From positions 75,828,001 to 75,892,000 of the forward strand of contig NW_024704743.1 in NCBI RefSeq assembly GCF_018977255.1: 64,000 nt of DNA, written 5' to 3'. Origin of the DNA: Callorhinchus milii (taxonomy: Eukaryota). Shown piece after piece: positions 63,331 through 64,000 of the stretch (positions are counted from its first letter, which is position 1; every line of letters begins with the position of its first letter). Position numbers and translations under genes: made by a program. The notes under the pieces were generated by a model. It was not told where the DNA came from. It searched no databases and saw only the letters and a list, made by a program, of their open reading frames with translations.

Positions 63331-64000
63331 TATAGTGAAGGATACATGTGAGCAACTTAACTCAGCTGTTAGTTAGAAACTGGAACTGTAAAGTAAACTT
63401 TATTGTATCTTGCTATTCTTAAATAGCCCGAGATTTCACACTCCTGGGCCGCATTGTTTCATTTGTATCCATTTGTCACACAAGATCCAACAAAACAACA
63501 AAGGGAGAACTTGCACACGTTTCATTAAGGCAATGAGCATGCATGATTGATTCATGACATAAAAGATCTTTTATAAATTACGGGGAAAACGGGTCGAGCG
63601 TCTCTAATCTCTGTAAATGTCAAGTTAATGCCACTTGCAGAGGTGCCCAAAATCTCTCCCGAAGCACGACCATGTTATTAATTCTATATCTAGCATTTTG
63701 GTTTCTTTCATTAAAAAAAATACATTGGCTATACATTGTTCAAAACATATTTCAGAATGGAGAAACCCATCAATCATTTTAACTCACTTGTTTATTTAAG
63801 CTTTTTTTAATTGTCCTCTTGCAATGTTTTAATTCACTGATGGCCCCTGTAATATTCTGGCACATCATGTGGTTAACAGAGGAGAGAGAGCAGAAGCCTA
63901 ACACTCTCAAGGTCTTGAGTGCCAGCATTCTGTTAGTAATTGAACAAATGCCCAGAATTTAGCACAGATTTTTCACACTGCTTTAATTTATCAGTGATAT

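Noticed and set aside
13450..64000. Upstream PDE1C2-type coding exons (…SRSKSQNCLWNS…EEILADELP…KTSFR)
   Set aside because: A manual scan of the minus strand found no matching peptide with splice sites. They may lie beyond the window; tBLASTn would settle this.

Overview
Eukaryotic (vertebrate) genomic DNA that is AT-rich and dense in repeats. The repeat set (DeuSINE/SacSINE1-like and tRNA-headed SINEs with L2-type tails, CR1 and L2 LINEs, LF-SINE-like relics, a Penelope-like element) points to a cartilaginous fish; this is an inference and the species cannot be fixed from the sequence. The only host protein-coding sequence I can support is the 5' end of PDE1C (Ca2+/calmodulin-dependent phosphodiesterase 1C) on the minus strand. 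It consists of a 101-nt first coding exon (12601-12501, MESPTKEIEEFESNSLKYLQPEQIEKIWLRLRG) and a 27-nt microexon (10084-10058, (L)RKYKKTSQ(R)); both are missed by the ORF track. The rest of the gene lies beyond the left edge of the window. Nearly all listed ORFs are transposon fragments or chance ORFs. Most interesting observations: (1) a TSD-bounded Penelope-like insertion carrying a GIY-YIG domain and a minimal hammerhead-ribozyme motif; (2) a perfect 35-bp-arm hairpin in PDE1C intron 2; (3) two inverted copies of local sequence pasted into retroposons; (4) a young SINE nested in a copy of its own family; (5) a pogo/Tigger relic interrupted by CR1; (6) several repeat-free, homeodomain-motif-rich blocks that look like conserved enhancers. 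I found no convincing wholly new gene system. Family names and orthologue sequences are recalled from memory, not from database searches.
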